A program made the translations under genes and the position numbers. Source: Candidatus Eiseniibacteriota bacterium (GTDB lineage Bacteria > Eisenbacteria > RBG-16-71-46 > SZUA-252). Taken from it: DNA of 64,000 nucleotides. The stretch spans positions 1,824,001 to 1,888,000 of the forward strand of contig OY969801.1 of NCBI GenBank assembly GCA_963703225.1. Direction: 5' to 3'. Each line of letters opens with the position of its first letter. Position 1 is the stretch's first letter. This document shows, piece after piece, positions 49,192 through 60,095 of this stretch. A model generated the notes under the pieces. It had not been told where the DNA came from and did no database searches. It saw nothing but the letters and a program-made list of their open reading frames with translations.

Positions 49192-50505
49192 GTGACCCTG
49201 CCTCCCGCCCCGCCGACAAGCGGGGCCACCACGTTTGAAGCGGTCCACGTTTCCCGGAGATCGACCTCGCCCGATTTCCGGCCCGAATCGGTCGTTCCTG
49301 GGCCTCTTTCGCCGCCTTGCTTCCTCTGGGAATCGCCCGACGGGGAGGCCATCGCCATGATGGGGGTCGCGGCCCGACTGGAGTGCCGGGGGCCCCGTCC
49401 TTGGGAGGAGGCCCGGGCCTGGCTCCGGACGCTCGCGGAGATGGCGACAACGCTCGAGGGGGCAGCTGGCGATCCGCCGCTCGCGTTCGTCGGGTTCAGC
49501 TTCGATGGTCGGCCCGCCCCGGAGTGGGATCTTCCGGCGGGCGTCGTCCTGATCCCGGCCCTCGAGTGGCGTCGGAATGCCGATGGCCGCGGCACGATCA
49601 CGAGCTGGCGGCTGGCCGAATCGGAAGAGGCACCTCTCGCGACCGGCGAACGCCGGCGAGACGAGGTGGCCCCGGAGCCGGCCAGCGCCAAGATTGAAGA
49701 TGATTGGTCTCGGGAGGGATGGTCCCAAGCGGTCGGACGGGTTCTGGAGGAAATCCGGAGCGGGCGTGTCGAGAAGGTCGTCTTGGCCCGGAGCCGTGCA
49801 TCCCGGATGCCGCTTCCCTTGGACGCGGCCGCGGCGTTTGCCGCGCTTCGCGACGCGCATCCTTCCTGTTTTCGATTCCTCTATTGGGATGAGCGCGGCG
49901 GCCTCGTCCTCGGCGCGAGCCCCGAACGGCTCGTCTCCCTGCGGGAGGGTTTGGTTCGGGCCGATGCGGTCGCCGGCACCGCACCGGTTCGCGAGGGCGA
50001 CGGCGCCGAGGCATCGCGGGATCTGTTGAGCAATCGGAAGGAATTGCGCGAGCACACGGTGGTCGTTCGGGACCTTCTCAGCAAGCTGGGCTCGATTTGC
50101 GACCGCGTGACCGCTTCCGACGGGCCGTCGCTTCAGCTGCTGCGCCACGTCGCCCACCTCAAGACTTCGGTCACGGGTAGCGCTCCCCCCGGTACGCACG
50201 TGCTCGACCTCGTCTCCCGCCTCCACCCGACGCCCGCCGTGGCGGGGTCGCCGCCAGAGGCAGCGCTCACGCTCATCCGCGCGCTCGAGCCCCGCTCCCG
50301 CGGCTGGTACGCGGGGCCGATCGGCTGGGTCGACGCGGCCGGAGATGGCGATTTCGCGGTTGGAATCCGGTCGGCCCACGTCCGGGGCGATCGAGCGCTC
50401 CTGTACGCGGGCGCGGGAATCGTGGAGGGCTCGGTCGCCGAGCGAGAGTGGGAGGAGTGCGCGATCAAGATGCGATTCATCGAGGATGCTCTGCTCCGTG
50501 GCTGA
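49192..50505 (+). CDS. menF: Isochorismate synthase
   Basis: 'EKVVLAR', 'GASPERL', 'KELREH', 'LHPTPAV', 'RGWYAG', 'AGAGIV'; TTGCCC-17-TATACT lies 6 nt before GTG 49192. Confidence 0.92.
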   Translation: MTLPPAPPTSGATTFEAVHVSRRSTSPDFRPESVVPGPLSPPCFLWESPDGEAIAMMGVAARLECRGPRPWEEARAWLRTLAEMATTLEGAAGDPPLAFVGFSFDGRPAPEWDLPAGVVLIPALEWRRNADGRGTITSWRLAESEEAPLATGERRRDEVAPEPASAKIEDDWSREGWSQAVGRVLEEIRSGRVEKVVLARSRASRMPLPLDAAAAFAALRDAHPSCFRFLYWDERGGLVLGASPERLVSLREGLVRADAVAGTAPVREGDGAEASRDLLSNRKELREHTVVVRDLLSKLGSICDRVTASDGPSLQLLRHVAHLKTSVTGSAPPGTHVLDLVSRLHPTPAVAGSPPEAALTLIRALEPRSRGWYAGPIGWVDAAGDGDFAVGIRSAHVRGDRALLYAGAGIVEGSVAEREWEECAIKMRFIEDALLRG

Positions 50506-52324
50506 TCTGATCACAAGCCGACCGAGCGGCACCGCCCTCGCGGGCGCGGCGACCGGCGGCGACGCGACGGCCCGGGCCAACCTCGCCTGGGCGGAACGAT
50601 TTGTCGCCGCGCTCCGGGAACGGGGCGTGCGCGACGCGTGCGTCTGCTCCGGCTCGCGCTCGGCCCCGCTGACGCTGGCGCTCCACCGTTCGGGAATCCG
50701 CACCCACGTCCCCCTCGACGAGCGCGCCGGGGCTTTCTTCGCGCTGGGGCTCGCCAAGGCGGCCAGGCGGCCGGTCGCGATCGTGACCACGTCGGGAACC
50801 GCGGCGGCCAACCTCTACCCCGCGATCGTCGAGGCCTTCCACGCGCGGGTCCCGCTCATCGTCATGACCGCCGACCGGCCACCGGAGCTTCGCGGCACGG
50901 GAGCGCCTCAGACGATCGACCAGATCAGGATGTTCGGCACGGCGGTCCGCTGGTTCCACGAAGTGGGAGCCCCGACCGCCGGCGCCGATCGCTTGGAGTA
51001 CGTCGCGTCGCTCGGAGCGCGCGCCGTCGCGGAAGCGTGGGGCGCACCGGCGGGGCCCGTGCACCTGAATTTCGCGTTCCGCGAGCCGCTCGTCCCGGGG
51101 CCGGAGGCGCTCTTGCCTGTCGGACCGGGGGGCGCGGCGGCGGGAGCCGATCGACCATCCGGGATCGATGGACCCGAGCTTCCTGCCGCCACAGCTGGCG
51201 CGGTCGCCCGCGCGGCTGGGCTGCTCCGCCGCAGAAGGCGCGGATTGATCGTCTGCGGCCCCGAGGACGCGACGGAGGACCTCCCCCACGCGGTGGCGCG
51301 GCTCGCCGCGGTGACCGGATATCCGATCCTGGCCGATCCGGCCTCGCAGGTCCGGTACGGTCCGCACGACCGCACGCGGGTCCTCGGCGCCTACGACGCC
51401 TTCCTCCGCTCGACGGGGTTCGCGTCGGGTGAGGCTCCGGAGGTCCTGCTCCAGTTTGGCCCTCCGCTCACGTCCAAGGCGTTCCACCTCTACGCGGCTC
51501 GCCATCCGGAGGCGCTCCACCTCCTGGTCGACCCCGGGCGGGAATGGCGCGACCCATCGCGGCGTGCGTCGGAATTGTTCGTCGCCGATTCCGCGGCGTT
51601 CGCGGAGACGCTGGCCGAGGCGCTCTCGAAGGGGGCGGATCCACTCCCTGGCTGGGGCGGGCGATTCGCCTCCGCGGAAGCGGCGGCGCGCGGCGCGATC
51701 GATCGCCATCGCGGCAGGCAGCGTGGACTGAATGAGGCCAATCTATTCTCGGAGCTGATCGAGGCGGCACCCGAGGGGACGATGATCTATGTTGGGAACA
51801 GCCTCGCGATCCGAAACCTCGACCTCTTCGCCCCGACATCGGAAAGGCGTCTCCGGGTCCTCGCCAACCGTGGGGCCAATGGGATCGACGGTTTGGTCTC
51901 GAGCGGCCTCGGGGCGAGCGCGGCCGCCGACGCGCCGACGCTCGTCGTGACGGGCGACCTGTCGTTCCACCACGATCTGAACGGGCTCGCCGCGGCGCGG
52001 GAAGGGAGAGCGCGCGCGACGATCGTCGTCATCAACAACGACGGCGGCGGCGTCTTCTCGCTGCTTCCCATCGCGGACCACGGCGATCTCTTCGAGCGCT
52101 ACTTCGGAACCCCTCACGGATTCGACTTCGCCTCGGCCGCGGCCGTCTACGGGGTCCCTTTCCGAAGGCCGGCGTCCCCCTCCGAGCTTCGCCATCAGAC
52201 GGCGGATTCCCTCGCCCGGCGGGATACGGAGATTGTCGAGGTCCGCTGCGATCGGGGCGAGACCCGAGAGCTCCATCTCGAGCTCCGGGCCGAGGCGATC
52301 CGGGCGGTGGAGGAGAGACTGTGA
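50498..52324 (+). CDS. menD: SEPHCHC synthase
   Basis: 'GSRSAPL', 'DERAGAFFALG', 'TSGTAAAN', 'ADRPPEL', 'NRGANGIDG', 'GDLSFHHDLN'. Confidence 0.96.
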   Translation: MADLITSRPSGTALAGAATGGDATARANLAWAERFVAALRERGVRDACVCSGSRSAPLTLALHRSGIRTHVPLDERAGAFFALGLAKAARRPVAIVTTSGTAAANLYPAIVEAFHARVPLIVMTADRPPELRGTGAPQTIDQIRMFGTAVRWFHEVGAPTAGADRLEYVASLGARAVAEAWGAPAGPVHLNFAFREPLVPGPEALLPVGPGGAAAGADRPSGIDGPELPAATAGAVARAAGLLRRRRRGLIVCGPEDATEDLPHAVARLAAVTGYPILADPASQVRYGPHDRTRVLGAYDAFLRSTGFASGEAPEVLLQFGPPLTSKAFHLYAARHPEALHLLVDPGREWRDPSRRASELFVADSAAFAETLAEALSKGADPLPGWGGRFASAEAAARGAIDRHRGRQRGLNEANLFSELIEAAPEGTMIYVGNSLAIRNLDLFAPTSERRLRVLANRGANGIDGLVSSGLGASAAADAPTLVVTGDLSFHHDLNGLAAAREGRARATIVVINNDGGGVFSLLPIADHGDLFERYFGTPHGFDFASAAAVYGVPFRRPASPSELRHQTADSLARRDTEIVEVRCDRGETRELHLELRAEAIRAVEERL

Positions 52325-53199
52325 AATCCTGGGCCGAAGCGCGCCCGATCGAGATCCGAGGCCTCTCCTACGCGGTCAGGCTCGAGCGGCCGCCAGGCGG
52401 TCGTCGCGCGGTCGTCTTGCTGCACGGATTCGCGGGATCGTCGGACGATTGGACCACGGTCGCGGAGGAGCTAGTCGACGCCGGGTACGCCGTCGCGGGA
52501 ATCGATCTCCCCGGCCACGGCGCGACCGAAATTCCGGCGGAAGCACACCGCTTCGGCATGCATGAAACGATCCGTGACCTGCTAGCGATCGCCGCCGCGC
52601 TCGGGCTGGGAGTGCCCCACTGGATCGGCTACTCGATGGGCGGCCGGGTCGCGCTCCACGTCGGCGTGGGCCACCCCGAGGCGGCGGCCTCACTCATCTT
52701 GGAATCGACCTCGCCCGGTATCGCGACCGTGGCGGACCGGAGCCAACGCCGCGCCGAGGATGACGCGTTGGCATCCGCGATCGAGTCGAGGGGCATCGCC
52801 TGGTTTGTCGATTCCTGGGAAGCGGTCCCGCTCTTCGAAACCCAACGCCGGCTCCCCCGCGCGATCCTCGACGCACAGCGCGCGCGCCGGCTCGCGAACC
52901 GGCCGGCGGGCCTCGCGGGCTCCCTTCGGGGCCTGGGCCAGGGCGCGCAGGAGTACATCGGCGGCCGCCTCGCCGCGTTGGCCCGGCCGACGCTCCTCCT
53001 GGCTGGGGCGCTCGATTCAAAATACTCGGCGCTTGGGAGGCGGATGGCCCACGATATCTCCGGCGCCGAGCTGGCGGTGATTCCGGACGCCGGACACAAC
53101 ATTCACCTGGAACGGCCGGAGGCATTTCGGCGGGCGCTCCTCGACCGGCTCCACAAGGTCGAGGCCGCGCTCGAGACGCCGGCCTCCCTGACCGCGTAG
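52321..53199 (+). CDS. menH: SHCHC synthase (alpha/beta hydrolase)
   Basis: 'LLHGF', 'DLPGHG', 'GYSMGGR', 'GHNIHLE'; lies between menD and menB. Confidence 0.92.
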   Translation: MKSWAEARPIEIRGLSYAVRLERPPGGRRAVVLLHGFAGSSDDWTTVAEELVDAGYAVAGIDLPGHGATEIPAEAHRFGMHETIRDLLAIAAALGLGVPHWIGYSMGGRVALHVGVGHPEAAASLILESTSPGIATVADRSQRRAEDDALASAIESRGIAWFVDSWEAVPLFETQRRLPRAILDAQRARRLANRPAGLAGSLRGLGQGAQEYIGGRLAALARPTLLLAGALDSKYSALGRRMAHDISGAELAVIPDAGHNIHLERPEAFRRALLDRLHKVEAALETPASLTA

Positions 53200-53209
53200 A
53201 GGAGACACC

Positions 53210-54040
53210 ATGACCGTGGCAACCATGATCGCGTGGAAGAAGGCCAAGACGTACCAGGACATTCTCTACGAGAAGGCCGAGGGGATCGCCAAGATCACGA
53301 TCAACCGACCGGAAGTTCGAAACGCGTTCCGGCCGCTCACGGTCCGCGAGATGATCGGGGCCTTCGACGACGCGCGCGAAGATCCGGAGGTCGGCGTGGT
53401 GATCTTGACGGGCGCCGGCGACGAAGCGTTCTGCTCCGGTGGAGATCAGCGCGTTCGTGGCAGTGCCGGGTACGTGGGCGACGACCAGGTGCCGCGTCTC
53501 AACGTGCTCGATCTTCAGAAGAGGATCCGCGCCCTGCCCAAGCCGGTGATCGCCATGGTGGCCGGGTTCGCGATCGGCGGGGGCCACGTGCTCCACGTGG
53601 TCTGCGATCTCACCCTGGCTGCCGAGAACGCGCGCTTTGGACAGACCGGTCCCAAGGTCGGCTCCTTCGACGGCGGGTTTGGCGCGGGTTACCTCGCGCG
53701 CATCGTCGGGCAGAAGAAGGCGCGGGAGATCTGGTATCTCTGCCGGCAATACGACGCGCGGGAGGCCCTCTCGATGGGGCTGGTCAACGCCGTCGTCCCG
53801 CTCGACCGGCTCGAGGAGGAGACCGTCGCGTGGTGCCGCGAGATCCTCACGATGAGCCCGATGGCGCTCCGCTGCGTCAAGGCCTCGTTGAACGCCGACT
53901 GCGACGGCCAGGCCGGAATCCAAGAGTTAGCTGGCAACGCGACGCTTCTCTACTATATGTCCGAGGAGGCGCAGGAAGGGCGAAACGCCTACCTCGAGCG
54001 GCGCAAGCCCGATTTCGGCAAGTTCCGCCGGCTTCCCTGA
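53210..54040 (+). CDS. menB: 1,4-dihydroxy-2-naphthoyl-CoA synthase
   Basis: 'AFCSGGDQ', 'LNVLDLQ', '[12 protein letters not shown]'. Confidence 0.97.
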   Translation: MTVATMIAWKKAKTYQDILYEKAEGIAKITINRPEVRNAFRPLTVREMIGAFDDAREDPEVGVVILTGAGDEAFCSGGDQRVRGSAGYVGDDQVPRLNVLDLQKRIRALPKPVIAMVAGFAIGGGHVLHVVCDLTLAAENARFGQTGPKVGSFDGGFGAGYLARIVGQKKAREIWYLCRQYDAREALSMGLVNAVVPLDRLEEETVAWCREILTMSPMALRCVKASLNADCDGQAGIQELAGNATLLYYMSEEAQEGRNAYLERRKPDFGKFRRLP

Positions 54041-54044
54041 CCCG

Positions 54045-54983
54045 GTGAACCTGGGCGCTCTCGACGCGCCGATCCCGGCGCCAACCGTCGACGCGGAGCG
54101 CCCGACCCGCGCGCGGGCTTGGATTCACGCCTGCCGCGTGCCCACACTCGTCGCATCCATCGTGCCGGTATTGGTGGGGACCGCTCTCGCGTGGCGTCAC
54201 GGCGCGTGGCGCCCGCTCGCGGCCATCGCCGCGCTGATCGGCGCCGTCTCGATCCAGATCGGCACCAACCTCGCCAACGACCTTCATGACTACCGAAAGG
54301 GCGCGGACCCGCCCGATCGGATTGGTCCTCCCCGGGTGCTCGCCGTGGGATGGCTCCGCGCGGCGGAGGTCCAACGCGGAATGATCGCCGCCTTCGCGGT
54401 CGCGACCTTGGCGGGGCTTTACCTCGTGCGCGTCGCCGGCTGGCCGGTCGTGGTCATCGGCGTGGTCTCCATCGCGGCGGGGATCGGGTACACGGCGGGG
54501 CGCTTCGCGCTCGCATACATTGGGCTCGGCGATCTGGCCGTCTTCGTCTTCTTTGGGTTTGTCGCGGTCATCGGCACCTACTACGTCCAGGCAGGGACCA
54601 TCCACCCCGAAGCGGTCCTGGCCGCCATCCCCGTCGGCGCGCTCGCCACCGCGATCCTCGTCGTGAACAACGTGCGGGACATTGACACCGACCGTGCCTC
54701 GGGAAAGCGCACCCTGGCCGTGATGCTCGGGCGCGGGGCCGCGCGCGCCGAATATCTCGCGCTCCTGATCGCCGCCTACTCGGTGCCGTTGGGGCTCTGG
54801 GCGCAGGGGCTTCGGACGGCCTGGATCCTGCTGCCGTTCGCCACCGGCTCCCTCGCAGGGCGCGCGCTCTTGACCGTGCGGGAACGGGAGGACGGCCCCT
54901 CCCTCACCCGCGCGCTCTTCGACACCGCGCGGGTCCACGCACTCTTCGGGCTCCTCTTTGCCGCGGGGATCGCGCTGGGATGA
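54045..54983 (+). CDS. menA: DHNA polyprenyltransferase
   Basis: 'NLANDLHDYRKGAD', 'NNVRDIDTDRASGKRTL'. Confidence 0.94.
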   Translation: MNLGALDAPIPAPTVDAERPTRARAWIHACRVPTLVASIVPVLVGTALAWRHGAWRPLAAIAALIGAVSIQIGTNLANDLHDYRKGADPPDRIGPPRVLAVGWLRAAEVQRGMIAAFAVATLAGLYLVRVAGWPVVVIGVVSIAAGIGYTAGRFALAYIGLGDLAVFVFFGFVAVIGTYYVQAGTIHPEAVLAAIPVGALATAILVVNNVRDIDTDRASGKRTLAVMLGRGAARAEYLALLIAAYSVPLGLWAQGLRTAWILLPFATGSLAGRALLTVREREDGPSLTRALFDTARVHALFGLLFAAGIALG

Positions 54984-56110
54984 CGATCCGCCGGGTTTCG
55001 ATCCAACCCTACTCGATTCCGCTCGACCCCCGGTGGCCGAGCGCCGAGGGGCCGGTTGCGGAGCGCGTCGGCTCCATCCTGATCCTCGAGGAAGAGGATG
55101 GACGCGTGGGGCTGGGCGAGACCGCACCGTGGCCGGGCTTTGGTCTGGAGACGTACGCGTCGAGCGTCGCCGCGCTCAGGCTCGCGGCCCGTCGCCTCAT
55201 CGGGCTTCCCCGAGATGCCTACCTCGCGGCGGCGGCAGACCTGCCTCGCTTAGCCCCCGTCGCGGCCTCCCCATGCGCTAGACACGCGATCGATCTCGCG
55301 CTCCACGATCTCGCGGCTCAGCACGCGGGCGTTTCGATCGCGCGGCTGCTGGGGGAGAGCGGCGCGCTGGACGAAGTGGCGATCAACGCCGCGATCCCAC
55401 GCCTGCCCGCGCACGAGGCGGCCGAAGCCGCGCGGATCGCGATCGCCAAGGGATTCGGAACGCTCAAGGTGAAGGTGGGGGGCGTTCCCTTCCAAGAGGA
55501 CGTCGCGCGGCTCCGCGCGATGCGTGAAGCGTCGGGCCCCGACGCGCGGATCCGGATCGACGCCAACCAGGCCTGGACCGAGGACGAGGCGGTCCAAGCG
55601 CTCGAGGCGCTCGGTGCGTTCGAGATCGAATACTGCGAGCAGCCGGTTGCCGCCGAGGCGATCGACGCCATGGCGAGAGTCCGCGCCGCCGTGAGCGTGC
55701 CGATCGCCGCGGACGAATCGGTCCGCGACGCCGCCACCGCGAGACGGATCGTGGCGTTGGGCGCCGCGGACGTCCTGATCATCAAGCCGATGGCGCTCGG
55801 CGGGCTTGGCGCGGCGCGATCGATCGCGAAGGAGGCGATGGAGGCGGGCGTCCCGATCGTGGTGACGTCCCTCCTCGAGAGCGCGATCGGACAAACGGGC
55901 GCGCTCCACCTGGCCGCGTCGCTGGGACCGACCCCGTTCGCCCACGGCGTCGGATCGTCGCCTCTATCGGTGCAGGAATTCACCGGCACGGAGCGCGCGG
56001 CCGCGGGCCGGATGCGGGTCCCGGCCGGGCCCGGGCTCGGCGCTGACGTGGACGTGCGGGTCCAGAGCCAAGCGGTACTGGTCGCGGCGGGCGAAGGATT
56101 GGATCGATGA
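54980..56110 (+). CDS. menC: o-succinylbenzoate synthase
   Basis: Enolase superfamily motifs 'KVKV', 'RIDAN', 'EQP', 'DES', 'IIKP'; men operon context. Confidence 0.9.
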   Translation: MTIRRVSIQPYSIPLDPRWPSAEGPVAERVGSILILEEEDGRVGLGETAPWPGFGLETYASSVAALRLAARRLIGLPRDAYLAAAADLPRLAPVAASPCARHAIDLALHDLAAQHAGVSIARLLGESGALDEVAINAAIPRLPAHEAAEAARIAIAKGFGTLKVKVGGVPFQEDVARLRAMREASGPDARIRIDANQAWTEDEAVQALEALGAFEIEYCEQPVAAEAIDAMARVRAAVSVPIAADESVRDAATARRIVALGAADVLIIKPMALGGLGAARSIAKEAMEAGVPIVVTSLLESAIGQTGALHLAASLGPTPFAHGVGSSPLSVQEFTGTERAAAGRMRVPAGPGLGADVDVRVQSQAVLVAAGEGLDR

Positions 56111-57591
56111 CCCAGACCATCACCCACGATCCCGTCCAGTTCTGGGGCGTCGTGGCCCCGGACCGGCTCGCGATCCGGCAACAGGATCGGTCCTTCACCT
56201 ACGGCGAGCTGGACGCCGCGGTGCAGGAGTCGGCCGACGCGCTGATCGCTCAAGGATTGGGGGCCGGCGAGCACGTCTCTCTCGAATTCGACCCCGCGCA
56301 CTCGCTCAACTTCGCGATCGCCTTCCACGCGCTCCACCGCGTTGGGCTCTTGCCCGTGCCGCTGGGCACCGCGCTGACGCCGGAAGAGCGGCAGGAGCGC
56401 CGCCGTCGGGCGATGATCGATCTGGTGCTGACCAGCGAGAGCGTCGAGCCCTCCGTGTCGTCCAACGCCGGAGCTGCCTCGGGGAAACTGATCCCCGACC
56501 CGGATGCGCCCCCGGTCGTGCGCCGCCTGGACACGCCGGCCGCGCTCTGCTTCACGTCGGGAACCGCCGGGGAGCCGCGGGCCGTTGTCCTCACCCATGG
56601 AAATTTCTTTTGGAGCGCGCTCGCCTCGGCCCGAAATCTCGGCGTGCGCCCAAACGATCTCTGGCTCTGCTGCCTCCCGTTGAACCACGTCGGGGGGCTC
56701 TCCATCCTCATCCGGAGCGCCGCCTACGGGACCGGCGTCCTCTTTCACGACGGGTTCGACGCGGAATCGGTGAACGCGTCGATCGATCAGGACGGGGTAT
56801 CGCTCCTCTCGCTCGTGCCGCCGATGCTGGAGCGTCTGCTCAAGAGCCGTGGCGGGCGGCTCTTCCCCACCACGCTCCGCGCCGGGCTGATCGGCGGTGG
56901 ACCGATTCCCTTGGCACTGCTGAGGGAAGCAGCCGAGCTTCGGTTCCGCGCGCTGCCGACGTACGGGCTCACAGAGGCCACGTCGCAGGTCACCACGCTT
57001 TCGATCCGCGAGTGGCCCGCGGGGCTTGCCTCGGCGGGGCGGCCGCTCCAGTTCACCCGCGTCGAGATCCGGGATGAAACGGGACGCGCCGTCGGGAGCG
57101 GCGTGGAAGGGGAGATCGTGGTCCAGGGGCCGACCGTCATGGCCGCCTATCTGGAGGACCGCGAATCGAATGCCGCGGCGTGGGATGGGCGCTGGTTCAA
57201 GACCGGAGACATCGGCGCGTGGGATGCCGCCGGCCGTCTCGTCGTGCTCGACCGCCGCGCCGATCGATTCGTCGTCGGCGGCGAAAACGTCTCCCCGGAG
57301 GAGGTGGAGCGCGTGCTGCGCGCTCACCCGTCGGTGGCGGACGCCGGGGTCGTCGGAATTCCGTCGGGCTCGTGGGGCCACGAGGTGACGGCGGTGGTGG
57401 AGCCGCGCCCCGGAGCCGCGATCACGCTGGAGGAGTTGAACCGCCACGCCCGCGCGACGCTCTCGTCGTTCAAGCTGCCGCGGCGGCTCCTTCTCGTTTC
57501 CAGCCTCCCGAGAAGCGCCTCGGGGAAGCTACTTCGCAGCGCGCTCCTCGACCGGATCCGGGATCAGGTGCCCCAGGAAGAAGCCACGTAG
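56107..57591 (+). CDS. menE: o-succinylbenzoate-CoA ligase
   Basis: 'FTSGTAGEPR', 'HVGGLSIL', 'TYGLTE', 'TGDIG', 'GGENV', 'SGKLLR'. Confidence 0.93.
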   Translation: MTQTITHDPVQFWGVVAPDRLAIRQQDRSFTYGELDAAVQESADALIAQGLGAGEHVSLEFDPAHSLNFAIAFHALHRVGLLPVPLGTALTPEERQERRRRAMIDLVLTSESVEPSVSSNAGAASGKLIPDPDAPPVVRRLDTPAALCFTSGTAGEPRAVVLTHGNFFWSALASARNLGVRPNDLWLCCLPLNHVGGLSILIRSAAYGTGVLFHDGFDAESVNASIDQDGVSLLSLVPPMLERLLKSRGGRLFPTTLRAGLIGGGPIPLALLREAAELRFRALPTYGLTEATSQVTTLSIREWPAGLASAGRPLQFTRVEIRDETGRAVGSGVEGEIVVQGPTVMAAYLEDRESNAAAWDGRWFKTGDIGAWDAAGRLVVLDRRADRFVVGGENVSPEEVERVLRAHPSVADAGVVGIPSGSWGHEVTAVVEPRPGAAITLEELNRHARATLSSFKLPRRLLLVSSLPRSASGKLLRSALLDRIRDQVPQEEAT

Positions 57592-57966
57592 CGGTTCCGG
57601 AATCGGGATCGGCTTCATCGACTTACGCTCGACGAAGGCGTGGATGGTCTCGGCTTCGACCCGGAGATCCCCAGCGGGCCCCGTCACGCGGTGCCGGAGT
57701 CGAAACGACGCGCGCCCGACCCTGGTCACGTCGATGGCGACGGCCACCTCCTCGCCGTGGCGGATGGGCCTCACGTAGTCGGCCTCCGCGTGCGCGATCG
57801 GAACCAGAAAATCGCCGCCCGCGAAATACCGCGCGCGATCGGTCCCCGACGACGCGATGAGCTCTTCGTACGCCTGATGGCAGTAGTCGAAGATGCGGCC
57901 GAAGAAGAGAACGCCGCCGGCATCGACATCCTGAAATCGCACGGAGATCGTGGTCCGAAAGCTCAA
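57529..57966 (-). CDS. 4HBT-family thioesterase, probable DHNA-CoA hydrolase
   Basis: 'VRFQDVDAGGVLFFG', 'PIAHAEADY'; sits next to menE and menG. Confidence 0.8.
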   Translation of the reverse strand: MSFRTTISVRFQDVDAGGVLFFGRIFDYCHQAYEELIASSGTDRARYFAGGDFLVPIAHAEADYVRPIRHGEEVAVAIDVTRVGRASFRLRHRVTGPAGDLRVEAETIHAFVERKSMKPIPIPEPLRGFFLGHLIPDPVEERAAK

Positions 57967-57988
57967 TCTGCCCCCTGGTCCCGGCGGC

Positions 57989-58729
57989 TCACGCCGGGCT
58001 CCCGACCTCACCCACGTAGACGTAGACCACACCCCCGGTCAGCGGGTGGGCCGTCACTTCACGAAACGAGCCAGTCCCCCGCAGGAGCGCGGCGAACCGT
58101 TCCCCGGCGGGAAAGCGGGACGACGTCCGGTCGAGGTATTCATAGGCGGCGCGCTCTCCGCTCACCCAACCTCCGATCGTGGGAAGGATTCGATGTGAAT
58201 AAAGCCGGTAGACGGGCCCAAAAATCGCGCCCTCCGGCTGACCGAATTCGAGCACGACGACCCTCCCGCCGGGCCGCACGGTCCGCGCCATCTCGCTGAG
58301 GCCGCGCTCCGGGTCTTCGACGTTCCGGATCCCGAACGCGATCGACGCGACGTCGAACGAGCCGCTCTCATAGGGGAGGGCGAGCACGTCGGCCTGCTCG
58401 AAGCGGATCGAGAGCCCGGCCCGCGCGGCCTTTGCCGACCCCAACGCGAGCATCTCCTCGCAGAAATCGGTGGCGACCACAGCGCCCCCTGGCCCCACGG
58501 CTCGCCGGAAGGCCAGCGCCAGGTCGCCGGTGCCGGTCGCGCAATCCAGCACCCGGTCTCCCTCATGCGCGCCGCTTCGCCGGACCGCGGCGGTCCGCCA
58601 TTTGTGGTGGAGACCGAACGAGAGGATCTGGTTGGCCCGGTCGTAGGTCCCGGCCACGGAAGCGAACATGCGGCGAACGTTGGAGGCCGTGGAGGCTCTT
58701 GATGTCGCCATGTCGACGCTCGTCGTCAC
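57989..58729 (-). CDS. menG: Demethylmenaquinone methyltransferase
   Basis: '[17 protein letters not shown]', 'LDCATGTGD', 'FGIRNV', 'LEF'. Confidence 0.93.
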   Translation of the reverse strand: MTTSVDMATSRASTASNVRRMFASVAGTYDRANQILSFGLHHKWRTAAVRRSGAHEGDRVLDCATGTGDLALAFRRAVGPGGAVVATDFCEEMLALGSAKAARAGLSIRFEQADVLALPYESGSFDVASIAFGIRNVEDPERGLSEMARTVRPGGRVVVLEFGQPEGAIFGPVYRLYSHRILPTIGGWVSGERAAYEYLDRTSSRFPAGERFAALLRGTGSFREVTAHPLTGGVVYVYVGEVGSPA

Positions 58730-58735
58730 GCGGCG

Positions 58736-58787
58736 AGAATACCATGTTGGCCCCGGGTTTGACCCCCCTCCGGGGTCGCGGTAGACT
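58736..58787. promoter_or_regulatory. Back-to-back promoters for menG and ispG
   Basis: Plus strand: TTGACC(58759)-17-TAGACT(58782), 7 nt before ATG 58795. Minus strand: TGnTATTCT (58744-58736), 6 nt before GTG 58729. Confidence 0.65.
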
Positions 58788-58794
58788 CGGGACG

Positions 58795-60095
58795 ATGCCT
58801 CGCATCTCCTTCGAATCGAGCGCGATCCCCCAATCGGGCGATCGCCCGCGCCGCCGGTCGGTCCCGGTGGGAATCGGGTCGGTGACGATCGGCGGCGGCC
58901 GTCCGGTCGCGGTGCAGTCGATGACCAACACCGACACCGCCGACGCGCGGTCCACCTCGGAGCAGGTCTTGGCGCTCGCCCAGGCCGGCTCCGAGCTGGT
59001 CCGCGTCACCGTCAACACGCCCGAGGCGGCCCAGGCGGTTCCCGAGATCGTCCGGCGGGTCCGCGACCAAGGCGTCACGGCGCCGATCCTCGGAGACTTC
59101 CACTTCAGCGGCCACCTCCTCCTCTCCGAATATCCCGAGTGCGCGCGTGCACTCGACAAGTACCGGATCAATCCCGGCAACGTCGGGGCCGGGAAGAAGC
59201 ACGACGATCACTTTCGCCGGATCATCGAGGTCGCCGCCGAGAATCGAAAGCCGGTTCGAATCGGAGTGAATTGGGGGTCGCTGGACCGGGAGCTCTTGAC
59301 CGCGTTGATGGACGAGAACGCACGGCGCGCGGAGCCTTGGAGGACCGCGAGGTCACGCTCGAGGCGATGTTCCAGAGCGCGGTCCGCTCGGCGGCGCTCG
59401 CCGAGGAGTTCGGGCAGCCTCACGACGCGATCGTCCTCTCGGCCAAGGTTTCCGGGGTGCGCGATCTGATCGCGATCTACCGGCGGCTCGCGGCCGAGAC
59501 CGACTTCCCGCTGCACCTCGGCCTCACCGAGGCGGGGATGGGAACGAAGGGGATCGTGGCTTCGACCGCGGGGCTCTCGACGCTGCTCCTCGAGGGGATC
59601 GGCGATACGATCCGGGTCAGCCTCACGCCTCAGCCCGGAGGCGACCGTCGGGAAGAGGTCTGGGTCTGCCAGCAGGTGCTCCAGTCGCTCGAGCTACGCC
59701 ACTTTCAGCCGCAGGTCACGTCGTGCCCCGGCTGCGGCCGCACCACCAGCGACTACTTCCAGAAGCTCGCCGAGCAGGTGACCGGTCGACTCCGCGAGCG
59801 CATGCCCGAGTGGCGTGGACGTTACCCCGGCGTGGAAGAGCTGCGCGTCGCGGTGATGGGATGCGTGGTGAACGGACCGGGCGAGTCGCGCCACGCCGAC
59901 GTCGGGATCTCGCTGCCTGGTACGGCGGAAGATCCGAAGGCCCCGGTCTACGTCGACGGGAAGCTACGAACAACGCTCCAGGGCCCGCAGATCGCCGAGG
60001 AATTTCTGGCGCTGGTGGAAGTCTACGTGGCCGATCGCTACGGCCAACCGGGAGGGACGAAGACCCGGCCCGGGATCGCGGCCCGACCCCGCTAG
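58795..60095 (+). CDS. ispG: HMBPP synthase (apparent frameshift near 59337)
   Basis: 'VQSMTNTDT', 'RINPGNVG', 'RIGVNWGSL', 'HLGLTEAG', '[10 protein letters not shown]', 'SCPGCGRT', '[10 protein letters not shown]'. Confidence 0.95.

Noticed and set aside
58795..60095. Programmed ribosomal frameshift or true pseudogene in ispG (and in ctaC, tal, glk)
   Set aside because: No slippery heptamer at the breaks, and many unrelated genes are affected; sequencing error is more parsimonious.
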